DNA of 64,000 bases, from contig JAHLWZ010000791.1 in the NCBI GenBank assembly GCA_020536535.1, positions 248,001 to 312,000 of the forward strand, read 5' to 3'. This DNA is from Pelomyxa schiedti. Its lineage: Eukaryota; Protista; Evosea. Below, piece after piece: positions 51,083 to 64,000 of the stretch. The notes beneath the pieces were generated by a model. The model saw nothing but the letters and a program-made list of their open reading frames with translations, was not told the origin of the DNA and made no database searches. Positions within the stretch are counted from its first letter, which is position 1. Each line of letters begins with the position of its first letter. The position numbers and the translations under genes are program-made.

Positions 51083-52815
51083 ATGGAAGGTTCACTAGTG
51101 AGGGACCCTCCCGTCGTTTCGTCACCAGGCCGGCCTGGTGCCTGTGCCCATAATCAGAAGCACCCACGAAACTGTATGATGATGGAGGCTCTTTTTCAGA
51201 TGGAGCAAGGAAACACCCAGAGCGCAATTCTTCTGGTTTCAGATGCCTGCAAACTTTTTGAGAACTGTTGTAAAAGCATTGGTCTGTGTTTCCTTCGTCA
51301 GAGATGTCATATAGCCCATGCTTTGACTTTACTCAAAGCAAAAAAGGTAAATGGCCTGAACCATTGCAGGGACCTGACTTGTGTTACCTCCCTGGGTTGC
51401 TTTTTATTCGCGGTCTGGCTCTTCTCTCCAATGATCAAACTGCATTGAACCGTTGTATGCCTCCGGACCTGTCAAGCTCATTTTCACGTGTAACCTCCTC
51501 TTCTGCTCTTGAACTGAGAGCCTATTGCCGTAATGTGTTGCTGTCAGCAAATAGCGTGGTGGCTCCCTTAACCGCACAAATACACCAAAATGAAGAGATA
51601 GGAGAAGGGGAGGCTGCAACAGTGAAAATGATGAGGATTACCGAAGAGTGGAACGCCCTTTTTGCAGCCGCGTGTGATGGCGCCGCTCTTGATTCGCGTT
51701 CTCCGGTGGAGCAAGAACCTATTAGCACTCAGATTGATACTCAACAGGAAGAACAGAAGCGACCATGGGCATTCACTTTGTTTGTGGCTTTGTGGACAAC
51801 TTTCTGCTTGGAGAATACTTCGTGTGAGCCCTTTTGGTTAGAACTATCAGCTTCAAGAACCAATTGTGGTCAGAACGATACAGCGCAGCTCTTGCCATCT
51901 TCTTCGCTGTCACTCCTTGGTGCATGCTTTCTTCATGGCATTGGTGGATTGGACCAGTATACCAACCGGGCTGTGTCACTATACCAGAAGGCCGCAGATG
52001 CCGGAAATGCTGTGGCACTAAACAGTCTTGGTGTGTGTTATGAAATCGGAAAGGGTGTTGACAAGGATCTTCACAAGGCCGTGTCACTTTACGCCAAGGC
52101 TTCTGATGCCGGAAACAACAAGGCCATATACAACGTTGCCTTGTGTTACAAAAATGGGGAAGGCGTTGAAATGGACCTCAACAAGGCTATTTCGCTTTTC
52201 AGGAGAGCTGTAGATGCTGGAAATGCTTCAGCAATGCTTAAGCTTGGTATGTGTTATGGGAGCGGCTCCGGCGTTGACAAGGACATGAACAAGGCCGTGG
52301 AACTTTTCAGGATGTCTGCCAATTCTGGTGAGATAGATGCACTAGTTCAGCTTGGTGTGCTGTACAGAAATGGCAGTGGTGTTGAGAAGGACCTGACCCA
52401 GACTGTGTCACTTCTCAGGAGGGCTGCAGACTATGGGAGTTCCGCGGCAATGTTCTACCTTGGACAGTGCTACCACATTGGCTTGGGTGTTGAAAAGGAC
52501 CTGGGAATTGGAGTGTCATTTTACAGGAGGGCCATGGATTCCGGCTGCGTTCCAGCAATATTCAGCCTTGGTGCCTGTTACCAGAAAGCATGGGGCGTTG
52601 ACAAGGACATCAACCAGGCAGCTTCGCTTTACCAGAGAGCTGCCGACGCCGGGGATGCATCAGGGATGTACCACCTCGGGGTGTGCTACCAACACGGGCG
52701 CGGGGTTCACAGGGACATCAGGGTGGCCGTATCACACATCAGGAGGGCAGCCAACCAGGGACACAAGCACGCCATACTCAGACTCGACCGCCTCTTAGCT
52801 TCATGCCGCTCATGA
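51083..52815 (+). CDS. Sel1-like repeat protein (~8 SLRs)
   Basis: 36-aa repeats A...LG.CY..G.GV.KD...AV.LY..AADAG in ORF 51286-52815. N-terminal exons approximate. Confidence 0.9.
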
Positions 52816-52925
52816 CGGCGTGGCGAGGTGACTGGGGCGAAATTGGCGGCCTTCTCAGTTTTTGATTAATTATAATTTTCCCCATCATTTTTTCGTCTCT
52901 CGCGAGAGCACAAGAGACAAGTAAG

Positions 52926-54086
52926 ATGAGCAAGAAGGCGCTTGGGGAGGCTATTGTGAAGTTGGTGCACGTGAGTAAGTCGTACTCGATCGCCGGACGC
53001 AAGGACGGGGTGCAGGCTCTCAAGGACATTCACATGGACGACGATTCCCCGTTCCAACCCATAAGGAAAGGCGAGGTAGATTTTACCTTGTTGTTGTTGC
53101 TTCCCCCCCTTTTTTTTTCACTCTTATATTCTGTGAATGCCTGTTGCCTTGAAGATGAGTTTATATCTGAGAGTTATTGCCTACGGCTATTGCTATTGTT
53201 GTTGTTATTGTTTTTCTTATTGTTGTTTTATCTTATGTTTTGCGTTTGTATGGAATAGTTTGTGATACTGAGAGGGCCTTCTGGAGGAGGTAAAACAACA
53301 CTGTTGAACTTGATTGGTACTTTGGATACTGCCAGTGCTGGGACTGTCAATTTGCTTGGGAGGGACCTCGCTGCTGACTCAAAGGATTCAGGTTTTTTGT
53401 TAGGTACTCATTATGTTGTTGACAAATGTCTTAGAACTCTCTGCTTTACGTCTTACCAAGATTGGGTTTGTTTTTCAGACATTCAACCTACTTGCGACTA
53501 TGTCTGCCTATGAAAATGTTGAACTGCCAATGACTATTCTGGGCAAACTTAGTGCCTCGGAAAGAAGAGTAATTCCAAATAGTAACTTCTAACGTTTTAA
53601 AAACAACCACCAAAAAATAAAACCGCACCCGCCTAGTCAACCTGATAATACCTACAATAATCATGTCAACAGGCCCGAACCCTTGAACTTCTGGAACTTG
53701 TTGGTCTGCAAGACAGAATGGGTCACCTTCCTTCTGAATTGAGTGGGGGTGAACAGCAGAGAGTTACAATAGCCCGAGCTTTGGCAAATAAGCCTGAACT
53801 TCTTTTGCTTGATGAGCCAACTGGAGACCTGGACACCAAAAATACCATCGAGGTCATGGACTTACTGCTGAACCTCAACAATGAGCTGGGTACTACATGT
53901 GTCATGGTAACACACAACCCAGATGTAGAATGTTATGCAGATAGGATCATATACATCAATGATGGCCGTATTGTGAAACAAGCAGTCAATGTTGTTCAAT
54001 CCCCTCTTATAATGTCTGACTATATGGCCTATTTGAGCTCCCTAGAACGGCCTGGTGGGAAACCCACAACCACCCAGCACTCGTAA
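52926..54086 (+). CDS. Stand-alone ABC ATPase, LolD/MacB-like
   Basis: Walker A GPSGGGKTT, IGFVFQTFNLL, LSGGEQQRVTIARAL, Walker B LLLDEPTGDLD, VTHN. Confidence 0.93.
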
Positions 54087-54155
54087 AAATAAAAAAACCT
54101 TGAATAGAATTTTGTTTTGAAGCCAGCCAGCTTTTGTATTTTACAACAAAAAAGA

Positions 54156-57100
54156 TCACAGTTCATAGAAATTATTGAAGTTGAGGTTGAGGAGGAGTTG
54201 GGCCAAATGGGAATACTTCCGTTGCTGGTAGTTGAGTGTGTGGAGAACTTTGAGGATGTGAGAGTGGAATAGGTTCCTTTTGAAAGGAAAAAAGAAATGG
54301 GAGAAAGAGTGCGTTAGAGGATTCCTGGGTCAAGAGAAAGTAAAGTTCTACCCAAAATTCATGACCGCTTGTGATATATGAAGGTCCAACTGAGAATGCA
54401 TAGGTAGAACTGCGGCAAGTGTGTAGTAAAACTGCAGTACGGTTTCCAAAGCTTGTTGGAGTAACAGATGAAACTTCGCGGCTTTTTCATTTAAGAAACA
54501 CCTAGAACAACAAAAACTTAGGTGGAGAAAACGGTGCTAAGATAAAATAACCTTTGCAATAATATGGAAAGGTAGTCATCCAGTACATTCTGTAGAGCCT
54601 CGAGAGAAGGTACGGAAGGCAAACATTGTATGTATTTAGCCCACAGCTCATTCATTTGTGTTACGACATATTGCTCCAGCATTTTCACGAAATGATCCAT
54701 TTGGTCCCTTTGAAGGTGAAAATGGGGTAACCAGATTGGAGGTACCTTAAAACACCAAATTGCCTCATGGTTTTCCAAGAGTGGAGGGAATTCACTCGTT
54801 TCAATGGAAGCCACACACTTCTTTGATGGAGTCACTATCAAGAGATGTGGTAATGAAAGAGATATACCGTAGACAACAGGAGATGTACTTGATTTTAATA
54901 AAGAACCGAGATACCTTTGTGAAGCTTTCGAGTCTTGCAGGAGTAACTATAACACCCAGAGGCCACGGGTGTGCTTGATAATGTATGTGAACCTCCTCAA
55001 CACATGATAGACCTATGGTTTATCAGCTTTGTGCACAAAAGAAAAGGAACTCCTTACTTCGTTTCTGAAAGGGCGGTCTTTCAGACACAGAGGGTGGTAA
55101 GAAATATAAATTTGAGGCGTATGAGTCTCCATGAAGGTGGCACGAATGAAGAGCAGCAGTTAGGCATTCTTCAAGCTCTTGTTGCTTGAGATGCTGCTGA
55201 CGATTTGCTTCTTCTATCTGGAAGGATTAATACAAGTCTCAGTGATAGATTTCTACTCACTTTCCTCTTTAAGGAAGAAACAAGTGCATCAGCAAAATTT
55301 CCATCCAGGAGGAGGATGTAACGGTGAATGCAACTTAAATGACTATAAAGGTGGAGGTGATTGAATAGGAGATCCATAAGTTGGGCATTAGTGTAGTTGT
55401 ACCTTTCATGATGTTAGTTTACAAAAAAAAAAGGACATTAGAACTACTGAAGTGAGATAGAGTCCCTGAACTCCTGTAGGAGGTTTACAATAGGAAGATT
55501 CCTGGCATAATGTGGCAAGCTGTTATCAGAGCAGTTCTCACTGTGGGAGTAAAAGAAAAATAACATATAACTGGAACTTTACATTGGATCCAAGCCTAGC
55601 GTAACGTGATAGGGGGACTGAGGGTCCACTTTTAAAAGGGAGGTATCTGACTGCAGATATTTTGACATGAGCAAAAAATGATGACTTTCATGATACCAGA
55701 AAATGAGACATTCTTGGAATCCCCTCTAATGTGTAATTTTGGGTCACAGAATCAAGGGTGGAGTCTGAAACTGCATCCTCCATTATGGAATCTTGCACAC
55801 TTGTAGTTGGTGGGTGCTGGTGGGATTCTAGAGTTGGAGCCGGATGGTTGGAGGTGGGTGCAGTTGACTTGGAAGTGCCTCCAAGTAAACAGAGTCGGAA
55901 ATGTGAATTTTGTTGTGCTATTTTATCTTCGTTGTAGTGAAAGGAGAGCTGCACAATGTGTGTGTAACAAACAACCTATGTTAAGGATTTTTTTGTGAAC
56001 AAACGGTTTTGGGAAAGGATATTGAAGGCAAGTCCTCCATAGAAAACTTTTGACTTCAAATCTTCTGTGAGGAATCGCGGAAGAAAAAGAGCATCTTTTT
56101 CCTTTTATTCCTTAATGGTTTTAAATAACATTGTAAAGTACCAGATAAGCTGTTGTACAATAAGAACTGTCTAAAGTTGGATTTTTGGCAGGTTCAATGA
56201 AAAACTCACCAAAGGGGTCTTCTATTACACCCTACAGTGGTTAATATAGTCTAATATTGTAGATGAAACCTTCAGCATCCACTTATGAATAAAGTCAATG
56301 TAGGGCTGTGATGCACATTCGAGCAACCACAGAAGATAGGTTGGAACACAGCTACTTTCAAACTAATTCTCAAATTAGTTTCTGGTGGGAATATGTTTCC
56401 TACCTCGCAAAGAGAATAAACAAAGTTAATCAAATCTACACCCTTAAGTGCTGATGGGAATAGCAATGGCTGAGCTAGCAGTTCTATTTTAATAGGGGAA
56501 ACTGAAGGTCTAGTGGATTCCTTGGAGATCATTATAAGAGGGGTTAAATAATTACTGGGATGCAAACCATGATCTGATGTGCAAGACGTAGTCTACTGAT
56601 GGGTTTGCTGTGCCTTATAAAGAGTAGAATGTTGAGTAATGTTGAATTGGAGGAAGTATCAGTGGATGGGGTGGCCGTGTTTGATGCCAATGAAAAGGGT
56701 GGTGAAGCAGGAAAATGTGATTGAGTATGAAGTTTGTTGACTTTCCCTCCTATTTGTGAAATGATAGCATTCACCTTCTCCCTAATAGGAGTCAAACAAA
56801 AATACATCAGTTAGTAAGGGCAACTCGTTACCTGTACCACATTAGAAATCTTTCCAGTCCATTTGAAAAAGACTTTGCAATAATTCCCCCACTAATGCAA
56901 CAGGTGAAAAAAGCCAAAGGTAACAGAAATCGCACTGTGAGGCAGAACAGGAAAAGCAGCAAGAAAAAGTATCAAGTGCCCTGTACATGCTGCCAAGCTG
57001 AGTGATCTCATGCAACACAGTTCTGACAACTGGTGTACTAGCAAAGATTATTGCGTGCATGTATTTTTTCTATAGTTACCTAGTCGAGAGTAAAATGAAA

Positions 57101-58780
57101 CTGGGAGAGAACGAATTGTTGTTGCTGTCATATGTAAAATATCTTGATTCAATTCCTGCCAAAACTTGGGTAATTGCCTATGGGACTTAACTGGCTAGTA
57201 ACATCTTTTTTTTTTTACCTGACATAAAACAGACTCCTCCAAAAGAGGGCCCATGGGCATTGGCGCAGGGTACAATGATATTTCCTTGACTAAAAAGAAT
57301 AAACCAATGAGGGAATGAAGGTATGATGATACATTTGTCTGATGCTGTATGCAGTGGATTTATGATTGACTGTTTTGATACACTTTCGGCTACAGATTGA
57401 GATTCTAAAGCAAATCGAGGTAATAATGGATGTGAGTGCTGGAATCGTAGTGTTGGCATGTCTGACGGGAGCGTTAAGGGTGGTATTGTTATGAAGGCAT
57501 AATTGGCTGTAGGAGAGTGAGACAAGCTTGTTTCTGTCTACTGTGAGAAATATAGTGTTTTGTGGGATGGTATACGAAGATTGTGTGGATTCGGCTTTAC
57601 ATTTGCACAAATGGTTCCAGGAGGCAGTGGTTTTGGGAGTGGTGGTACCCTGCTTCTATTAGAGCACAATAGAGTTTTGATCAAACCTTATGAAAGTGTA
57701 GGCCTTGCTGTTTACAGTAGGTTCTCGCAGTGCAAAAGAATTTTGAGGAAATAACATATAATCACTGAATTTGCCGATTAAAGGGGAGTTGCCATACTCC
57801 AGCCACACAGGTCCCATTGATACAGGCTCTGCCAACAGTTATCATGGAATTACTTGGCATGCAACTTACCACTGCTGAGGAAAAACGTTGGAGGAATATG
57901 CTTTGTGTATTCTTGCATGTGGGTGATGCTGCAATCAAGGGCAGTATCAATACATCTTGGTTCTCTTAGTGGGCATATTTCCTGAATACAGTTACACACA
58001 CGTGGGAGACACATGACCGGCCTGGAAACGGTCATTTGCGAGCTTAGCTAGCATCAAAAGAGCAGTCATAACAGTGTCCCTGTCCTTATTCCTTAAGTGT
58101 GAAGAGAGAAAATGACCAAAAGAAAAGTAAACCTGAGTTTGATTCTTCTGAAGCAGTTGACAACAAATCAGGTTTACAGCCGTCAAGCACCTCATCCTAC
58201 CCTCGTCACAGGGACCACCACTGGAGTTCCCATAATACCTCAGGTTTGCACTTCGCAGCACCTGCTCCACAGCCTCCCCCAGCACTGAATTCGGTCCAAC
58301 ACCCTTTGATTTGCCGGGCAGTGTGCCTGCCTCCAGTACTCTGCCGCAACCGTCGTCGTTATTCGTCCTGCGTCTCTTCCTTGTCCCTGCTTCAGTCCCA
58401 TCCTCATTTGTCCCAGAATCATTCTCAGTGGCATTTGTGGTGGTGGTGGTGGTGGTCAACATTCTGGCCCCACTGACATCAAACAACAAGTACTCAACAG
58501 CCTTGAAAAAAGTAGCCCGCACGTCTCCTGGATTTCGCGCCGCAGCCCCGAAATTCGGCGGGATGACGTCACCGCCTCCGAAACTGCAACTGCCGCCCGG
58601 CGCGCCGCCGCAACAGCAGCCAGCGCACGCGGGGGTCAACGTCGGAGACTGTGCGTGCGCGGACGTGATCCCCTCGCGGCACCGTCCGCCGCCGCCGTCG
58701 TCGCGTCCCCTGCGCGCGGCACACACGAGGCGCCACACCAGCCCTACGACGCTGCCACCGAACATTGGTCGTTCCTGCAT
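54156..58780 (-). CDS. Gamma-tubulin complex component (Spc97/Spc98 family, GCP5/6-like)
   Basis: LHEITQLGSMYRAL, LYSHLSCIHRYILLLDGNFADAL, QMDHFVKMLEQYV..QMNELW, YLSILLQRCFLNEK, C-terminal HLAQLLLNLNFNNFY. Many small exons; start approximate. Confidence 0.75.
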
Positions 58781-58894
58781 TTTGATTTCGGAGAAGCACT
58801 CAGCAGATCTTGCAGATCCACAAAAACTTCTTCTTCCCTTCGAGGTTGCAGTTGCAGGTCGGTAATTAAGGCGGGGGGCAGATCTCATCACCAA

Positions 58895-59090
58895 ATGGCG
58901 AGCGGGGCGCTGGGTAGGACAACCAAACATTTCTTCAACGGATGCAGAGAGTTCAGGATGAGGGTCGCGTGCGCCGCGCTGTCGCAAAAAGCAGTTAGGA
59001 TTGAGAACATACGCACTGGGGAGGCATCCCCAGGCGTTGCGGGTACTCGCCCTTCCCTCGCCTTGTTTGAATTGTTGATACAAAAAAATC

Positions 59091-59127
<37 letters not shown>

Positions 59128-60627
59128 NNNNNNNNNNTGTAAGCAGCTATCTTCTTTGAAATTTATGTGGTAATAACTTCTTCAGTTACTCTTCACGTGC
59201 CGTATCATATCCACCTAAGTTTGTTACTTGTGTCCATTGGTGACAGTGATTGTATTTTTTTTTTTGGAGCATCATAGTTGATTGCAACTTAAGATTTTGA
59301 GGTGTGCTTTTTACAGCTCATGTCAAAGGTGTCAAATGGCGCCAGGTTTGAAATCACTGTAACGGGTAGGGCTCTTTTATCATAATTTCTGTAACAGACT
59401 TGCCTCTAATATTTCACACAAGGCACAAGTATCCTTTTCGTTCCGGGAATCTTAACCGGTGGTATGTAAAAATGTTGGTGAAAGAGAAAGTCCAACCAGT
59501 CCAAGGTAAAATTGAGCATGACTGCGGATTGAGTAGAGGAATTGGTTATTTTGCTGAATACCTGATACTCTTGGCTCCTTTCATGAAAGAACCACTTGAG
59601 GCTCGCCTCACTGGCATGACAAACACCAATGAAGATCCTTCGGTAATAAAAAAAAAAATACAATCACTGTCACCAATGGACACAAGTAACAAACTTAGGT
59701 GGATATGATACGGCACGTTTCGATTCCCAATTTGATGAAGTTTGGAATACCAGAGGGATTTGAATTGAAGGTACATTACACCAGCCTTTAATCCCTCTCA
59801 TTTGAAACTGCAGATTTTAGGAAGAGGAGCTCCCCCTGAGGGAGTGGGTGAAGTAGTAATTTCGTGTCCTATTGTAAAGACTTTAACTGCGATCAATTTT
59901 GTCAATATGGGTTCAATAAGAAGAGTGCGAGGGGTTGTGTAAGCAGCTATCTTCTTTGAAATTTATGTGGTAATAACTTCTTCAGTTACTCTTCACGTGT
60001 TTCCCCTCTAATGGCAAATCGGGTTGTTGCCTCATCTCGTGCAATCTTAAACGAATATGTAAGTGACGTGTATATAACCAGTGACCACCGCAAAGGCCCA
60101 CAGGCTGGAATGTATGTGCACCCTTTTTATTTGCTTGTTTGGTAATTGTTTAAAGGAGCCCAGGCTACGCAGTTCTACTTGTAGCCGAAACCACAACGTA
60201 TACAGAAGTTACGATTGTACTACATCTAACCATTCACAGGGAAGGCGCCATCAGTGCAGAGCTTGCTGCAGGGCCTGGTGATGTCCCTGAAGATGTGGGG
60301 AAAAAAGTGTCAGCCATGCTCCTTCTCGAAATACAGCGACGGGGATCTGTTGATTTGCTTCATCAGTTGCCCATGCTACTGATGATGACTTGTTGCCCAG
60401 AAGATGTGTCCCGAATTAGACTTGGTCCTCTATCACAACAAACGTACTTTTCTTCCCTTCTTCCACATGTATTGGAATTCTAAACTCCACAAAGGATTGA
60501 TGGCCTCCGGCTCATTAAAGATATGTTCGGAACCACATTCAAATTTGTTCCAGACCACGCCACTCACACGGTCGTCCTATCATGCCTCGGCAACGCCACA
60601 CAAAACATCGCCAGGAGAATATACTAG
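58895..60627 (+). CDS. RCL1: RNA 3'-terminal phosphate cyclase-like protein Rcl1
   Basis: FNGCREFRMRV..LSQKAVRIENIR..PG, HDCGLSRGIGYFAE, LAPF, GMTN..DPS, RGAPPEGVGEV, PGYAVLLVAET, PEDVG, EDVSRIRLGPLS. Confidence 0.93.
59128..59137. other. Assembly gap (10 N) after a poly-T run
   Basis: Directly visible; lies in RCL1 intron 1. Confidence 0.99.
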
Positions 60628-60836
60628 AGGAAAAAGAAAACCAACTATTTCCATTAAAAGAATAGAAAAAACCCCTTCTTCTTTCTATCCTGCAGTTGCT
60701 TCAATTACAAATGAAGATTTTCGCGGCGCGGGCCATTTTTTCTGATTATATTTCCCTGCGTTCAATCGCGCGACCGGCCGACGTCGTCCCTACATCTTTC
60801 ACGACAGCGTGACGCCACAGATCTAGCAACATAATA

Positions 60837-61701
60837 ATGACTGAGGAAACAGCCGCCGCAGCAGCACCCGCTGCCCCAACTGAGCCAGCCGTCCCAATGA
60901 CAGAGGCCGAGGTTGTTATCGTAGTTATTTTTTTTTTTTTTTTTTCGTTGTAGAGACACTTGAGAGTGTTCCTTGTATTTGTATTATTATAATAATTGCA
61001 ATGTGGTACCTAGAATTATTATGATTATGTATGCACCCTGCCTTAACCTTGTTTGTAGTCCCGAGAGGCACGTGAACTTAAAAAGAGGTCATTCAAGAAA
61101 TTCGAATTCAGAGGGGTGCGTTTTTTTTGGGAAGTCAGTCAACTCTTATTGAACCCTTTTCTGCGGTAGGTGGACCTTGAGCATCTCCTTGAGATGAAGG
61201 AGTCTGCAGTCTATCAACTCCTCAACGCACGCCAACGCCGCTCCCGAACACGTGGTGTGAAACACAAACACATTCAACTCAGCAAGAAACTCCACAACTC
61301 GGTATGGCCGTCCCTTCGCCCCAGCCCTCCCCCGTAACTTCCTCACACCGCCTCTAACCTCACAAACAAACACCAGAAACTGCACCTGGCAGTTGGCGAG
61401 AAGCCCAAATGCGTCAACACACACTGCCGCGACAAGGTCATTCTCCCCGGAATGATTGGCAGCGTCGTTGGTGTCCACAACGGCAAGACCTTCAACCAGG
61501 TCGAAATCAAGCCCGAAATGATCGGCCACTACCTTGGTGAGTTCTCCATCACATACAAGCCCGTCCGCCACGGCCGACCTGGTATTGGAGGTACGCAATC
61601 CCCATAATTCCCCTTCCCCTTTCCCTTTCCCCGTCCCTTTTCTTTTTTTTTTGACTTGTTCTTCAGCCACCCACAGCTCTCGCTTTATCCCTCTGAAGTA
61701 A
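60837..61701 (+). CDS. RPS15: 40S ribosomal protein S15 (uS19), not in the ORF track
   Basis: [12 protein letters not shown]|[67 protein letters not shown]|[11 protein letters not shown]. Confidence 0.97.
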
Positions 61702-61813
61702 AACGTGTAGCGTATCGGGTTGGAAACAACGAAAAATCAATAAAACAAAAAAGAAAATTCATCAAATTGAACGTCTTCTTCCTTGCTTTTCTTTTTTTCG
61801 CCGTACAACATTT

Positions 61814-63207
61814 CTAGGAGCCATTGTAGGTAAATAGCCAAGGTGTGTTCTTGAGGTGTTCAATTGGCCATGGGGAATCTAATACACCTGCTTTGATGCA
61901 ATAAGGAGGGAACACAGAAGTACACATGGTGCCAATCACTCCGTTTCGGTAACGGCACGAAGTAGTCCTGGCAATGTGCAATGATGGAGCACTCCCCGTA
62001 TCGTACACAAACAGGGCAACATGCCTCAAATGCCTCGCCATAATACTCTCAATCAAGACTGGGATATCCCCCTCACATCCGCTCTCGTGCCAGATGTTGT
62101 TCAGTCCACATGAATGGAAGATAAGATTTTCAGGAAGTACCCGGAATATTGGGAGTTCACTCAGCATTTTAAACAGCCAAAAGCATTGGCACTAGTAGAA
62201 GTTAGGGTTTAATCTTGCGGACATGCTTTTTACCTCCACTAACCGAAAGGCAAATACATTGACTTGGGCACCTGCAGTTACCCTTCCATTGCGCTTAAAA
62301 ACGTAATAGGCTTGCACAGCTGAGTGGGGGTATATTTTTTCAATCTCAGAAACCATCACATGGCCCCTATACATTGCCCTCAGATTTTCAACCATTACGT
62401 TGTAGTCGCTCTCTTCAAGCAAATGTACATTCGAGTTGAACTGATAGTATCATGTTTTATGCAGCCGTTAGAATATTGGAGAATACCTTTGGGTTCATAA
62501 AAGAATATGCAGTCACTTGAAGCTGTCGCGTTGTTTCCAGGAAGTGCTTTGAAGCTCCCATTGATGGAAAATTTTCAACTTCAATTATAGCGAAAGCAAT
62601 AAGAGGATTTGAGCCCCTGGTAGCATGGCGTGCATGCAAAACTTCCTTTTGTTTCTCCAAGAGTAAACGTGCCACACCACTTTGGCGCCAGTCGGAATGT
62701 ACAGCATAGCATGTGAAGTAAAGGGTTTCAAAAGATTTCCCATCATAAAATCTGCTGTAAATGAAACAACTACAAACCAAAAAGACGGGAAGTACCCACT
62801 CCCATACAAACCAGCAAGGAGTCCCACAGTCCTACCGTCATTTAAAGCTTCTATGACTCGTGTGCTCGGGGAATCCAACAGTGGAGCTACCCCAATTAAT
62901 TGTATTCTAGCAGCAGCAGAACCATACGCAATCTGTTTTTTTATTTTTATGTAAATCATCTTTAGGCGTCACACAAACCACGAAGTCGTACACTTTCTAC
63001 GAAGTTAGAATGTGACGAATGAACAAGCGTCTCCACCAAGTTCAGTGCCGTGCACGACTTGATACTACACCTTTGTGCTGCCGTTACGGGGTTGTTTGCA
63101 TTCCCAGTAAAAAGAACAAACCTGCCAAGATCTGACGCCCTACGTCTACGTATCAACAAAAACGCACCCAAAACGAGTAGCCCACAAACCACCAGCACTC
63201 GATACAT
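61814..63207 (-). CDS. GNAT-family acetyltransferase with N-terminal signal/TM segment
   Basis: Acetyl-CoA motif A YAVHSDWRQSGVARLLL; N-terminal hydrophobic MYRVLVVCGLLVLGAFLLI; IEVENFPS. Confidence 0.6.
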
Positions 63208-63404
63208 CCGTTTTTTTTTTAATTTGTTTCTTTCAACTTGTCAATCTCAGAAGGGCGGGCCCCATCAAACGCAAATTTTCAATTTTCAGTGTTTTGACAG
63301 CACTTGCCTGCTGAACCATCACGTCGTTCGATAGTCACAAGAACAATATGTAGCTCTTAATTGTGGTCCCCTTTGGGCATTTATGCAAAAAAGTCGTTGT
63401 TGGA

Positions 63405-64000
63405 ATGGACGAGGATCTTAAGCGGCTGTTTGTGAAGGACACTTCTTTGCCAATCCAGGTGTACGAAGATCCGTATTTCGATTACTACATTGATTTGTAT
63501 GAACCTGTAATGCAGTCTCGAACTAAATACAATGCCTTTGTTGCGTATGTTCCACTGCATGCTTATTTTTTTTTTTCCCCCGAGCGCTCTCATTTGTTTT
63601 GCAAAGACAACTCAAACTACTTGGCAAACCAAAGTTCTTGTCAAAGAGAGCGTCCGTTATTGATGCCGCAATTAAAGCTATCAACGCTGAACCAGAATTT
63701 GTGGCACTCCAGAAGGACCCTGAGGTAATACATAGATTCCAAGAAACGTGAGTGTCAAAGAAATTATGCCGCCCTTCTCCGACATGAAACTAAACAGGAA
63801 TTTGTTTGACACGGAGCAGTTGTGTCACACTCTCAAAAATCTGTATCAACCTGCCAATGCAGGAAAGCAATTTATTTCTCTTGATTTGCGGCAAGCCAAC
63901 TTCAATGCCCTTCGAGTTGTACACCCTTCAATTGTGAAAAATGCTACCACCTATGAGGAGTTTATGGCAAATTTCACATCTGACCAAACGATAATCAGCA
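63405..64000 (+). CDS. Uncharacterised protein, truncated by window end
   Basis: Exons give KRLFVKDTSLPIQVYEDPYFDYYIDLY ... KNLYQPANAGKQFISLDLRQANFNALR..TYEEFM. Confidence 0.7.

Noticed and set aside
51900-52780. 108-bp periodic repeats
   Set aside because: These are coding Sel1-like repeats, not a CRISPR array or mobile element.
59138-59199. 62-nt exact duplicate of 59938-59999 inside RCL1
   Set aside because: Starts immediately after the N gap and poly-T run; most likely a scaffolding or assembly artefact. Raw or long reads would settle it.
61146-61670. 174-aa minus-strand ORF
   Set aside because: Antisense shadow of RPS15. The same applies to the many antisense ORFs over GC-rich first exons.

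Overview
Gene-dense, intron-rich nuclear DNA of a microbial eukaryote. Introns are mostly ~35-60 nt and several divergent gene pairs are separated by only 100-350 bp. Gene families and promoter elements point to an amoebozoan, possibly a Pelomyxa-like archamoeba (inference). About 27 protein genes are supported: housekeeping genes (EBP2, eIF3c, eIF3m, C1D, CPSF73, SDE2, RCL1, RPS15, a gamma-tubulin complex protein, myotubularin, a GT10 fucosyltransferase), lineage-type expansions (two Sel1-repeat genes, a tandem orphan pair, an LRR-Roc-like gene), and intron-containing prokaryote-like enzymes (Asp/Glu racemase, AMMECR1, YwaF/TMEM164, acyl-CoA ligase, GH13, LolD-like ATPase). Two things stand out. 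(1) At 48.7-49.35 kb on the minus strand are two tandem copies of a ~190-205 nt structured RNA gene. A complete tRNA-like cloverleaf (anticodon CCU) sits inside the acceptor stem of a second, circularly permuted tRNA-like domain. The copies show compensatory base changes, and each has a DUSE-like element (WCCCACAA) at the same distance upstream. (2) At 30.3-34.4 kb is a single four-domain LOG-RpiA-HAD-EEP fusion gene that reads like a nucleotide-to-pentose catabolic assembly line. Gene boundaries were assembled by eye and are approximate where stated.
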